The notes below the pieces were generated by a model. The model saw nothing but the letters and a program-made list of their open reading frames with translations. It was not told where the DNA came from and did not search any database. Below, piece after piece: positions 1-8,778 of a DNA stretch of 64,000 nucleotides. This DNA comes from an uncultured Candidatus Saccharibacteria bacterium (lineage in GTDB: Bacteria > Patescibacteriota > Minisyncoccia > Phycocordibacterales > PALSA-1337), in assembly GCA_964495685.1 (NCBI GenBank), contig CAZBVQ010000001.1:233521-297520 (forward strand), written 5' to 3'. The translations under genes were made by a program, and so were the position numbers. How positions within the stretch are numbered: the stretch's first letter is position 1; each line of letters begins with the position of its first letter.

Positions 1-79
1 TGTTGAGAATTTGATTAGTATTCTTATGGAAAAGGGAAGTAGTGGCTTCTGGGGCTTAAAAGATGTTATAAAAAGCTAG
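1..79 (+). CDS. 3' end of a CDS truncated by the window edge (unknown product)
   Basis: Open frame from base 2 (VENLISILMEKGSSGFWGLKDVIKS*) followed by a terminator. Confidence 0.4.
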   Translation, partial: VENLISILMEKGSSGFWGLKDVIKS

Positions 80-102
80 TTGGTAACTCGACTACACAAA
101 CC

Positions 103-141
103 CTGTGAACCAAGCTAAGCTGGTTCACAGAGTCCTTTTTT
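103..141 (+). terminator. Intrinsic terminator
   Basis: ctgtgaacca (103-112) / tggttcacag (121-130) perfect 10-bp stem followed by a T run. Confidence 0.7.
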
Positions 142-209
142 CGTGATATTGTTAATTCACAATTAAATATGTTGCCTAAACTCTTTGCAAAAAGGGCATG
201 GCATTAAGT

Positions 210-339
210 CCTATCAAGCGCAGAAACCCCGTCGTGGGGTCGCTTGATAGGCCATATCGGGAAACCGGTATGAGAGACTTCGGTCTCTACCCGCGGCGGG
301 ATTTCTGCGTCCTGCTCGGGATTAAAAGCCCTATCAAGC
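210..339 (+). ncRNA. Structured leader RNA / candidate antisense switch (C4/CI-like architecture)
   Basis: Stem 219-238/290-309 with G-U pairs; GAAA hairpin 253-272; UUCG hairpin 273-288; loop gcttgatagg complementary to cctatcaagc at 210-219 and 330-339. Confidence 0.65.
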
Positions 340-342
340 AAT

Positions 343-1017
343 ATGGAATCAAAAAAATCTACCGTAAGTATCTTCAGGAATCTGTATTTCTGGGGAATTG
401 TGCTGTCTGTGCTTATGTTTCTAACGGTTAATAAGGTCGTCGGGTTGTCGTTAGATCTTTTGACGCTGATTCTTTGGCATAAGAAAAATCTTAAGACAAA
501 GCACATGATCGATAGTGAGGCGATCAAAAAAGAGGCACGCGATTACCTTGAGAAAGCAAAACAAGAGGGAAGGCTTCCTGTAACTCAGAGTTCAGCTCTT
601 CTCGATCCAGGAGAAAACGCATACTTAACTGAAAATACAGTACTCAGTGAGACCAGAGCTGTTCGTCAAACCACCGGAAGGTTTGCCAGTACGCGTATAT
701 TCGGAAGTATGAGGTACGGCGCTGTCGCGAGTCGATCGGAAAGTCATCAAGAGTGGAGAGTAATCGATAGCGGGAAATTAATCTTGACTAACAAGAGCTT
801 TATATTTCTAGGCAACAAGGAAAAAAGAAATCTTCCGCTTAAAAAGATATTGGCAGTTGAGACTTATGCCAATGCGATAGAAGTAAGCTCTGATACAAGA
901 AGCAAGAGTTTGAGACTCCCTGTCCGTAATCCATATATCTGGACGTCTGCGATACAAATTTTGAGATCAACAGATGGTAATGGTTCCATGTCCAATGCTT
1001 CTATTCGCATTGAATGA
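343..1017 (+). CDS. Membrane-anchored hypothetical protein with a probable PH-like C-terminal domain
   Basis: N-terminal hydrophobic helix; C-terminal DSGKLILTNKSFIFLG pattern resembling bacterial PH-like domains. Confidence 0.7.
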   Translation: MESKKSTVSIFRNLYFWGIVLSVLMFLTVNKVVGLSLDLLTLILWHKKNLKTKHMIDSEAIKKEARDYLEKAKQEGRLPVTQSSALLDPGENAYLTENTVLSETRAVRQTTGRFASTRIFGSMRYGAVASRSESHQEWRVIDSGKLILTNKSFIFLGNKEKRNLPLKKILAVETYANAIEVSSDTRSKSLRLPVRNPYIWTSAIQILRSTDGNGSMSNASIRIE

Positions 1018-1119
1018 TTCCATTTAACTCCAGACGTGTGGAAGGTGGATTTGTTCAATTTGAACCATAGCAATTTAAGAGTCTGTCTTAATTCTAAGTG
1101 ATTTCAATTAAATTCCTGA

Positions 1120-1659
1120 TTATTTTTGTCCCTTCACCTTTTTCCATATCCCATCTCTTTCTTTCATAGAATCTTCCATTGCTTGAAGGACTCTATTTAA
1201 TCTAGCCTCCTTTTCTTCCTTGCTCTCTGTTTTAGTTTGATCTTTTGGTCTCGTATCGAGCAAGCCTGACGAACGTAACTCATCAAGCTTATCAATATCG
1301 TCCTCAATATTATTGCTCATATTGCCAACATAGTCATGTATGAACTTTTCAAATCGCAATTCAGCCAGTACTTTTGAAAGAGGTTTATATCTATCATGAT
1401 TGTTTGATAGATAGTATTTTGCAGCTCCCATATCACCCTCATGTATCTTCTTTATGACTACAGATTCAGCAAGGTCCCCAAGGCTTTCACGTCCAATAGA
1501 CAGGGCCTTGTTTACCTCAACTCTGAACTCATAGTTATCTTTTCTCCAACGGTTGAAAGTCGCACGACCTAAACCGATTTTTCTACAGGCCAGCCGCATA
1601 TTCGGAGTTTCTCTAAGAAATTCTATGAGCTTCTGTTTGTCATAATTACTTCGAGTCAT
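1120..1659 (-). CDS. Phage-type HTH protein (phBC6A51 / terminase small subunit-like)
   Basis: PNMRLACRKIGLGRATFNRWRK helix-turn-helix, then DLAESVVIKKI..GDMGAAKYYL; overlaps the end of the methyltransferase gene. Confidence 0.65.
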   Translation of the reverse strand: MTRSNYDKQKLIEFLRETPNMRLACRKIGLGRATFNRWRKDNYEFRVEVNKALSIGRESLGDLAESVVIKKIHEGDMGAAKYYLSNNHDRYKPLSKVLAELRFEKFIHDYVGNMSNNIEDDIDKLDELRSSGLLDTRPKDQTKTESKEEKEARLNRVLQAMEDSMKERDGIWKKVKGQK

Positions 1660-2983
1660 TTATTTTCTGGCGCTTTTTGCCTGTGAATTTCTCCCAGCGG
1701 TTCAAAATTACTTCCGCATATACTGGAGATTTTTCCATCAGGAAACACCTTCGACCCAAGGTAATTGATGCGATCAAAGTAGATCCACTCCCGCCAAACA
1801 CTTCTAATACCAATTGGCCGCGTTTGGTTAACACTTTTATGTAAGGTATGAGTATTGGTAGTGGTTTGACCCCGAAGATGATGCCTTGGCCTGATGATTT
1901 CTCATCTGCTGCATTGTAGTCAATGAAATCTGTAGGGCAGTATTTCTTACCTTTTTCATATGACTCCCATTGTGGCTTGCCAGAGATGGCAAACAAGGCA
2001 GTACGGTATTCGTTTTCAATCAGTTCTTCCTCCTCCTCAAGTCTTATCTCCGCTTGTGGTTCGCTCGTTCCAACCATGGCGATATCGTATTTAGAGAATA
2101 GCTTATGTTTGCCGGCATACCCCTGATTGCGATTGGGGAGATGCCAGACGATCATATTCCTGACTTTCCAACGTTTTTCCATTTCATTCCAGATTGTTCT
2201 TATATTCTTCCAGTTTTCATAGACAATGATAGAGAAATCCTTGGCTTGCACTTTGCTTACATTGTTCATCCATAATTGGGTGAAGTTATCTGGCAAAGAT
2301 TCTGTTTCAAGATAGCGTCTATTTTTCTTTGTACCGAAACCGACAGTAGCCTCGCCATGACGTGTTTTACCTTTTAAATAGTCGAGAATATATGGAGGAT
2401 CCGTCATAACCATATCTGCCTTATGGTCGCCCATGAGCCTTAGCATGTCCGCTTCAATAGTTGAATCTCCGCACATTAACCGCGAACCATCGAGATCATA
2501 CAGATCACCTTTTTTGACTGTTATCTCAGTAATATCCAACTTATCAAGTTCATGTTGAAGATCGAATTGTTCCTCAGCTTTTTCTTCTTTGAAAATGTTG
2601 TCTAATTCTTCAGAATCAAACCCAACTGATGCTAGGAAAGACTCGTCGAATTCCGCCAATAGTTCAAGATCAAACTCACCCTGGTTTTTATTTAATCGCA
2701 AGTTCAACTCTTTTTCTTTTTCAATATCGGGTATATTTATGTATACGATAGGGACTTCGGTATAGCCCAGCTCCTTTAGAGTTTCTAATCGAAAGTTGCC
2801 ACCGATAACTATATTTTTTCGATTTTCGGCCCCGTTCAAAATTATTGGATCGACTACTCCAAATTTTTTAATACTTTCTTTAAGGTGCTTTCTTGCTTCC
2901 TCATCCCATACTCTAGGGTTATATGGAGCAGGGATGAGGCTGGTAATAGGAACATACTCAACACGCAGATTTTTGTCTTGCAT
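1646..2983 (-). CDS. ParB-N-terminal domain fused to a DNA N6/N4 methyltransferase
   Basis: PAPYNPR...IGGNFR ParB-like N-terminus; DPPY motif IV followed by FGGSGST motif I (beta-class order). Confidence 0.88.
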   Translation of the reverse strand: MQDKNLRVEYVPITSLIPAPYNPRVWDEEARKHLKESIKKFGVVDPIILNGAENRKNIVIGGNFRLETLKELGYTEVPIVYINIPDIEKEKELNLRLNKNQGEFDLELLAEFDESFLASVGFDSEELDNIFKEEKAEEQFDLQHELDKLDITEITVKKGDLYDLDGSRLMCGDSTIEADMLRLMGDHKADMVMTDPPYILDYLKGKTRHGEATVGFGTKKNRRYLETESLPDNFTQLWMNNVSKVQAKDFSIIVYENWKNIRTIWNEMEKRWKVRNMIVWHLPNRNQGYAGKHKLFSKYDIAMVGTSEPQAEIRLEEEEELIENEYRTALFAISGKPQWESYEKGKKYCPTDFIDYNAADEKSSGQGIIFGVKPLPILIPYIKVLTKRGQLVLEVFGGSGSTLIASITLGRRCFLMEKSPVYAEVILNRWEKFTGKKRQKINDSK

Positions 2984-2990
2984 GATAATT

Positions 2991-3185
2991 ATTGCCAGAC
3001 ACCCACCTATAGATTAAAAGCACCGTGGCGATTTCGAGGCATCTGGCAAAAAGAAAACGCCCAATGCTGTTTTTGTTTTTGTGTGGCGTGTTTGTGTTAT
3101 AGCTCGTGTAAAGAAGTGCTGGCTATTTCAGCAGTGTTTGTTTTTGTGTTACTTACATATTATACCTCCCAATTTATCTGTCAAA
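2991..3185 (-). promoter_or_regulatory. Promoter and structured leader of the methyltransferase-HTH operon
   Basis: TTGACA and TATAAT/TAATAT boxes on the minus strand; AC-rich repeats; 13-bp G-U-containing stem just upstream of the ATG. Confidence 0.45.
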
Positions 3186-3248
3186 GACAAAGATGATTAA
3201 CAGGCATGATTTCTTGATACTGTAAAAATAAAGTGATAGATTTCCATC

Positions 3249-3824
3249 ATGAATAACATATTGCTAAAGTTTTTTCTTATTTTGGAGAGGTTGGGAGTAG
3301 ACCGTAAACACTTGAAGCAATATGTTGTGTTCTTGATCGTGGTCTCAATCGTAACATTCTCTCTTATCTACTCTGGAGTTTTCTCTACGGTTGGTCCTAT
3401 TATATTTATTGTAATCTTCGGGATATTTTTCACTATTTTATGGTTTATCGCTGGTTATAATGTCTTTCGTTCGTTATTGGTCGCAAGTATTGGTTTGAGC
3501 TTTATCATCTTTATAGGTCAATCATATTGCTCTCTACCTGTAGTACAACGCACGGCAAATGATTCGCTTATGACTCTGGTTGGCTTTGGCTTTATTTACG
3601 TCGTCGCTCAATTCATATGGTCATTGTATAAGGAATTATTTGGTGACAAACACGCAAGAGAGGAATGGAGACAAAAGGGTATAGTACCTCTTTTTAAGGA
3701 GATAAATGGTGGTAAACATAATTGGCTCGTTCTTGTAATTTACGGTGGTTTGGTAATTCTCTTTGTTTGGCAAGTCTATAATGTTATCAATCCGATCATC
3801 CGTGGACTTTGTGTATATCAATAA
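3249..3824 (+). CDS. Multi-pass membrane protein, unknown function
   Basis: About 5 hydrophobic segments in 191 aa. Confidence 0.75.
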   Translation: MNNILLKFFLILERLGVDRKHLKQYVVFLIVVSIVTFSLIYSGVFSTVGPIIFIVIFGIFFTILWFIAGYNVFRSLLVASIGLSFIIFIGQSYCSLPVVQRTANDSLMTLVGFGFIYVVAQFIWSLYKELFGDKHAREEWRQKGIVPLFKEINGGKHNWLVLVIYGGLVILFVWQVYNVINPIIRGLCVYQ

Positions 3825-3864
3825 TTATGAATCAAGAAAAGATAATTATGGTAGGATTATGCTT

Positions 3865-4263
3865 ATGATTGAAACAATTTATCCTACTGATTGGCAGAAG
3901 ACACGAGGTATTTATTCGCCAGCAAAAAAGATCGATCTTGGCGGAGCTTATTTAATTTTCGTATCAGGTCAGCAGGTTGATAAAAATGCAGATAATGAAG
4001 CTATAACATCTGATGTTGAAGAACAAACAGAACTGGTCTTTCGGGCCATTGAGAAGATTCTAAAGGCAGCTGGTGCATCCGTAGATGATGTTGTAAAAGC
4101 TCAAATATTTCTGACAGATATAAATGATTTTCCAAAGGTGTCAGTTATAAGAGATAAGTGGTTTGCAAAAAGTAGGCCGGTAAGTACTCTGGTTGAAGTA
4201 AATGCCATGACACGCAAAGGGGCGAAAGTTGAGATTGAAGTAACAGCGGTTATCGAGAAATAA
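3865..4263 (+). CDS. RidA/YjgF family protein
   Basis: YSPA..IFVSGQ..EQT..F..I..IL..AG, RPVSTLVEV, VEIEVTA. Confidence 0.9.
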   Translation: MIETIYPTDWQKTRGIYSPAKKIDLGGAYLIFVSGQQVDKNADNEAITSDVEEQTELVFRAIEKILKAAGASVDDVVKAQIFLTDINDFPKVSVIRDKWFAKSRPVSTLVEVNAMTRKGAKVEIEVTAVIEK

Positions 4264-4273
4264 TCGAAAATAT

Positions 4274-4735
4274 ATGGATGACAAACTTTTTTTAAGTGAA
4301 GCAATTAAGAAAGCAAAAGAATCGGTAACTAAAGGTGGATTTCCTGCTGGTGCGGTGGTAGTTAAAGATGGCAAGATTATTGGGTCGGGTATAAGTATCG
4401 GTAATACATTATTTGATCCAACAAGTCATGGGGAAATAGCAGCAATTAGAAATGCCTGTGCAAATATCAAAACGCATGAACTGTTCAATGCGGTAATCTA
4501 TACTTCAATGGAGCCATGTTCGATGTGTTTTAGTGCAACTATGTGGGCAGGAATTGGAAAGATTGTTTATGCTTGTTCCAGAGAAAAAGTAGCCGAAGAA
4601 TATTACGGTGGTCATTATCACATTATGACAATAAATGGTCAGCTAATTCATCCTATACAATTGGTGCATGTTCCCGATCTCGAACAGGAGTCTTTGGATG
4701 TTGTTAAAGAATGGGAAAAGGCGATCGGTATATAA
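4274..4735 (+). CDS. Zn-dependent nucleoside/nucleobase deaminase (guanine deaminase/TadA-like)
   Basis: DPTSHGE and EPCSMC zinc motifs. Confidence 0.9.
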   Translation: MDDKLFLSEAIKKAKESVTKGGFPAGAVVVKDGKIIGSGISIGNTLFDPTSHGEIAAIRNACANIKTHELFNAVIYTSMEPCSMCFSATMWAGIGKIVYACSREKVAEEYYGGHYHIMTINGQLIHPIQLVHVPDLEQESLDVVKEWEKAIGI

Positions 4736-4768
4736 AAACCCGCCTACGGTTAGAACGTAGTGCGGGTT
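4734..4768 (-). terminator. Intrinsic terminator of the minus-strand orphan pair
   Basis: aacccgc-ctacg...cgtag-t-gcgggtt stem preceded by an A run on the plus strand. Confidence 0.55.
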
Positions 4769-4782
4769 GCTGTGCGTATTTC

Positions 4783-5403
4783 TTACTTCTCTCGCAATAC
4801 AAGCCTGAATGATTTGTTTTCAAGACCGCCACTACCGCGATTACACGGTTCGACAGCCTTGAGGGCAAATTTCAGGCCAGCCTTCTTAAGGACTTGATTG
4901 GCTCCTTGAATCCGCATGACGACACCTCGTGTCAGTTCCCAGCATCTAATCGGCTTATTGCCGTTGTCTCTCAACTTTCTGAACATGGTTTTGTAAATGT
5001 CCGAACAGTCGATTGAGAGGATGGTTTCCCATGTTTGCTGAGTGATATCATTTCCACCATCGGCCAACAGCAGTTTCTCAAGGTATGCCATTAGCTTTTC
5101 TCTGGCGATTTTGACAGGATCATCAGATGGCTCAATAATGTGATGCTCAACTTCAAGGGTGAAGACGAGCACAACCTCAGTGGCGACCAACACGATCGGA
5201 CCGTTGTCATTCTGAGTCTTGCAACTTAAGATTGCACGACCGCCAAATAACAAACAAATCTGATGCTCAGTCAGTTCAAGGTTCCGGAGGGCTTTTTCTG
5301 GAACCCTGAACTCTTCCGCAATGAGTGTGTGTCTGTAGATCATGCTTCCTTTATGCAAAGGTGATTCCCGAAGACATACATATCCGATTTCAGTAATTTT
5401 CAT
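4783..5403 (-). CDS. Hypothetical protein
   Basis: 206-aa ORF with an AGGTGG ribosome-binding-like site; no motif recognised. Confidence 0.65.
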   Translation of the reverse strand: MKITEIGYVCLRESPLHKGSMIYRHTLIAEEFRVPEKALRNLELTEHQICLLFGGRAILSCKTQNDNGPIVLVATEVVLVFTLEVEHHIIEPSDDPVKIAREKLMAYLEKLLLADGGNDITQQTWETILSIDCSDIYKTMFRKLRDNGNKPIRCWELTRGVVMRIQGANQVLKKAGLKFALKAVEPCNRGSGGLENKSFRLVLREK

Positions 5404-5418
5404 AGGCCACCTTTTTGG

Positions 5419-5943
5419 TTAACGTCCAGGGCCATTGATTGTCCAGACAACTTGGTCGTGATTGCTGCCAAGGATTGGACGTCCGTAAGGCCTGAAGGCC
5501 TTGAACTGCCGATCGAACTCATCAGTCTTGTTGTAGAGACCAAGCTCAAATAATGCTCCGCTGGTCACGGGTGGTACCTCGGCATTCTCAATGGTGCCTT
5601 TGACCTCTTTGGTTTCCCAACAGAGAACGTCTCCATTATCGGCGCGGAAACGAATTTCCAACATGACTTTGGGAGGAATTGGTGCTTCACCCTCACGACC
5701 GTAGCATTTCTCCATATTTTCGCAATAGAAGAAGGCTTCGATCATGACATCGCAATGAACACCCGCGGCGTCTCCTTCAACAGGGGTAACGGCGATGTCT
5801 ACCTGCGTGATGGTGGCTGGAGCATTGAAGGTATGTTCGAGATAAATCTTGAGCACACCTAGCGCTTGCATCCGAACCACACTGATTGGTTGAGTGTTCT
5901 TACGGGTGGCACGACCACGGAACAGATCAAGTAGATTTTTCAT
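5419..5943 (-). CDS. Hypothetical protein
   Basis: ORF downstream of a TTGACA-18-TATAAT promoter (6086-6115); start moved to MKNLLD. Confidence 0.65.
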   Translation of the reverse strand: MKNLLDLFRGRATRKNTQPISVVRMQALGVLKIYLEHTFNAPATITQVDIAVTPVEGDAAGVHCDVMIEAFFYCENMEKCYGREGEAPIPPKVMLEIRFRADNGDVLCWETKEVKGTIENAEVPPVTSGALFELGLYNKTDEFDRQFKAFRPYGRPILGSNHDQVVWTINGPGR

Positions 5944-6085
5944 AGAACTATTCTTTCTCAGAACATGTCTGCAACATGCAGACACGGCTACTGTCTCAGC
6001 AGCCTCTTTTTCGCAAGAAATATTGTGAAGAAAAGGCTACTGGGACAATGTTTTTATCTAGTATATCAAGATGTTTCTGGTTGCA

Positions 6086-6253
6086 ATTATACACCATAAT
6101 ATAGCCATCTGTCAATAAATCCTTTAAACCTAACCTTCATATCTAAAGGGTCAGAAGACTGTCTCATTTGTCTCATTTTAAAAATTGACTGTGACCAGGG
6201 AGGGTAGAACATATGACAGATTTAGTGCTAAGATAGCCTTACAAGGTCTCACC
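6086..6253. promoter_or_regulatory. Divergent promoter module, copy 1
   Basis: Minus-strand sigma70 promoter; tandem tgtctcatt; plus-strand tgctaagat followed by atagccttacaaggtctcacc, shared with 10383-10403. Confidence 0.55.
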
Positions 6254-6316
6254 TCATGTGGTTCTAGACCGGAGAACACAGCAAATAAGTTGCCGTCAAC
6301 GGCAAGAATTATCAAA

Positions 6317-7201
6317 ATGAAAGATCGAATAGAAGTTAAAGATGTTCTACCTGAAGTACCAAAAATTACAGACGAACAATTAGAAGCAGCACGTAAGTCA
6401 GGAAGATATGAGTCGATTGCCTTTGAACAGTATAAGTTTGTAGCACAGTTGATAGCTATCGTTGCGAGAATTGATAAGACGTCGGAGGGATTCAAGAAAA
6501 TTCCTTCTCAGCAGTACCACATTTTGATGGGATTGATGAATCGTTGCGCTCGGTTAATTTTGAGCACAATGGAGCTTTCTCATGAAGGTAAATTTGGCGA
6601 AACTTCGTCGATAATATTTCGATGTATCTTCGAATCCGGGGTTAAAATTATATGGTTTTGTTCTGATGGTTTACAAAGTAAGTTCGATCTTTATATAAAT
6701 GACGGCCTCAAGCCTGAAATTGAACTTCTGGATACGATTAAGAAAAATGTAACAGAACGAAATGGTGCTATCTTAGGTATAGAAGAGCGGATGATGGATT
6801 CTGTCTATTATCATATTAAGACAGGTGAGACCACGGAGTCGGCGGTCCGACTCTCAAAAAAGATGCCTGATATGGCTACAATTGTTAGAGATATTGGCTT
6901 TGATCGAATTATGTATGTAGCCAATCATAGAATTGGATCACATCATGTTCATGGCACGTGGCCTAGCCTGCTATTTTCTTATTTGGAAAAAGAAGGTGAT
7001 GGTCTGATTGCCAGAGGAAATAATGTGTCAACCAGGGCGAATGAATATATAGCAACATCTATAATAATGACTCGAACAATGAGTGCATATTGCGATTTTA
7101 TGCTAGAAACACCCATGAAAGAAATTTTAATAAACCTTTGTCTTGAAGAAGAAAATGATTTGATTAGGATATTTGAAGATATGACAAAGCATGGTTGGTA
7201 A
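6317..7201 (+). CDS. DUF5677-like helical protein (possible HEPN-like fold)
   Basis: IFRCIFES and downstream GSHHVHGTW motifs in a helical 294-aa protein. Confidence 0.6.
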   Translation: MKDRIEVKDVLPEVPKITDEQLEAARKSGRYESIAFEQYKFVAQLIAIVARIDKTSEGFKKIPSQQYHILMGLMNRCARLILSTMELSHEGKFGETSSIIFRCIFESGVKIIWFCSDGLQSKFDLYINDGLKPEIELLDTIKKNVTERNGAILGIEERMMDSVYYHIKTGETTESAVRLSKKMPDMATIVRDIGFDRIMYVANHRIGSHHVHGTWPSLLFSYLEKEGDGLIARGNNVSTRANEYIATSIIMTRTMSAYCDFMLETPMKEILINLCLEEENDLIRIFEDMTKHGW

Positions 7202-7487
7202 TTTATTATTTTGAGCAAACCTTGCCCCTTCTTTCAATTCTTCCAATCATCCACACTGTCTCCATAAAACAATAAAATCCAATCTGCCATAGTGAATGAA
7301 GGAGACATACAGATGCTTCGAAAGAAGTGGTATACTTTTCGTACAAGGATTTTATGTTTTGGACCAAAAGCTCAACATCGTACACGTCCCCCAGCAAAAT
7401 TTGTCCGTACACCATAAAATGGACACTCTCCTCAAAAAAATAAATGATCCAGGGCTTCAAGCTATTATTGGTTGTATTACCATAGAT

Positions 7488-8414
7488 ATGGGTAAAGAGA
7501 TAATAACGGAAAGGTTCAAGGACATTGAGAAAATGTATCCTCATTACGACAGGGATTTTTTATGGCTGCTAGCTTACTCGCAGGAACGTTCGCTTGTAGT
7601 TCGAAGTTATATTGAAGCAAATTATAAAAAATTTCACCAAAGTCTAGACTCGGGATTTCCTAGGAAACTGTCGAATACAAATAGATTTGAATCTCACATG
7701 TGGGAGATGATTCTTTGTGATGTACTTTCCTCTTCTGGGGAATTGATTCCGAAGTCTTCTGCGGGCGCGGATTTAATTCTTAAAGTGCCAAATGGACAGA
7801 GTATTCAGGTTGAAGCAATCGCCCCAGATGAGGCTGATGATGCGAGCCTTCGTGCTGAAAGGCCCGACTATTCTAAAAGTAATACGTTTACTTCAGGTGG
7901 AAATATAGAAGACATCGAGAATCCAGTATTACTTAGGTGTATTCATGCCTTTGATAAAAAGGCCAAAAAAGGATACAGAAAAGATCAGCCACTTATTATC
8001 GCAATTAATACAAGTAAGGTTGTGGGTATTGTATCTTTGGATGACTTTATTATCAGGCGTGTCCTGTTAGGGTTAGGATGCGTGACAATTACACGTAGGA
8101 CTGATGGTTCCTATCAAACTGGCCTACAACAAAAAAGCGATCTATCGAAACCTAATGAGACGAGTTTCTCAGTCGGTCGTTTTAGAGATCCTGAATATAG
8201 TCATGTAAGTGGGGTCATCTATACGTCTCAAAAATCTCTAAGCCTTATTCCGGGTGGATATGGTTGGTCTAATAGTGGTATATATTATGTCCCTAATCCT
8301 ATGGCGATAAATAAAGTTAATGCCAATTTTGACTTTTTTAAGACGATCATTTGTGATGAGGAAGCTTATAGGGACATTCTGCCAAAAAGAGATTTCGTAA
8401 GTAATGTTGTGTAG
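7488..8414 (+). CDS. Hypothetical protein with a restriction-endonuclease-like (PD-(D/E)XK-type) core
   Basis: WEMILC...GADLILK...IQVEAIAP pattern; LIIAIN; SGVIY; YVPNPMA. Confidence 0.55.
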   Translation: MGKEIITERFKDIEKMYPHYDRDFLWLLAYSQERSLVVRSYIEANYKKFHQSLDSGFPRKLSNTNRFESHMWEMILCDVLSSSGELIPKSSAGADLILKVPNGQSIQVEAIAPDEADDASLRAERPDYSKSNTFTSGGNIEDIENPVLLRCIHAFDKKAKKGYRKDQPLIIAINTSKVVGIVSLDDFIIRRVLLGLGCVTITRRTDGSYQTGLQQKSDLSKPNETSFSVGRFRDPEYSHVSGVIYTSQKSLSLIPGGYGWSNSGIYYVPNPMAINKVNANFDFFKTIICDEEAYRDILPKRDFVSNVV

Positions 8415-8506
8415 GCTACATGCTTTTTAGTATTAGTAGAAGCATAGTTGAAACTCTCAGTGGTACAGGTATTTCTTAAAAGAATAAAATGGATTAAGAT
8501 ATCTAC

Positions 8507-8743
8507 ATGCCTGACACAGAAGTATGCCCAATATGTTTACGCCCATACGGTCTGACAAACAAAAAAGTCAGATATCATCTCGGATACCAACCCCCAAGAT
8601 ATATTTATGCGTGTCAGTCATGTAATTTTGCCGAGTATCTTTCTAGACATTGGAGAAAACATTTAACACGATGGCAGTGGTATAAAATAAATGTGGTCAG
8701 AAAATTTACAGGCAAGAAGTATGACCATGAAGTCGTGCAGTAG
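8507..8743 (+). CDS. Small zinc-binding protein, degenerate HNH-like
   Basis: CPIC...YHLGY.P..IYACQSCN. Confidence 0.5.
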   Translation: MPDTEVCPICLRPYGLTNKKVRYHLGYQPPRYIYACQSCNFAEYLSRHWRKHLTRWQWYKINVVRKFTGKKYDHEVVQ

Positions 8744-8778
8744 TTGTCAGTAAAGTCCCAACCCCCCCACACCCACCC

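Noticed and set aside
219-309. Cloverleaf-like fold as a tRNA
   Set aside because: No T-loop GTTC, D-loop or 7-nt anticodon loop; hairpins end in GAAA and UUCG tetraloops.
3068-3149. tttgtttttgtgt shared with the arm of the 63767-63876 element
   Set aside because: Low-complexity 13-mer with no flanking similarity, so a link cannot be supported.
7206-7544. Minus-strand 112-aa ORF between the DUF5677-like and nuclease-like genes
   Set aside because: It overlaps the plus-strand gene start and has no recognisable motif or expression signals.
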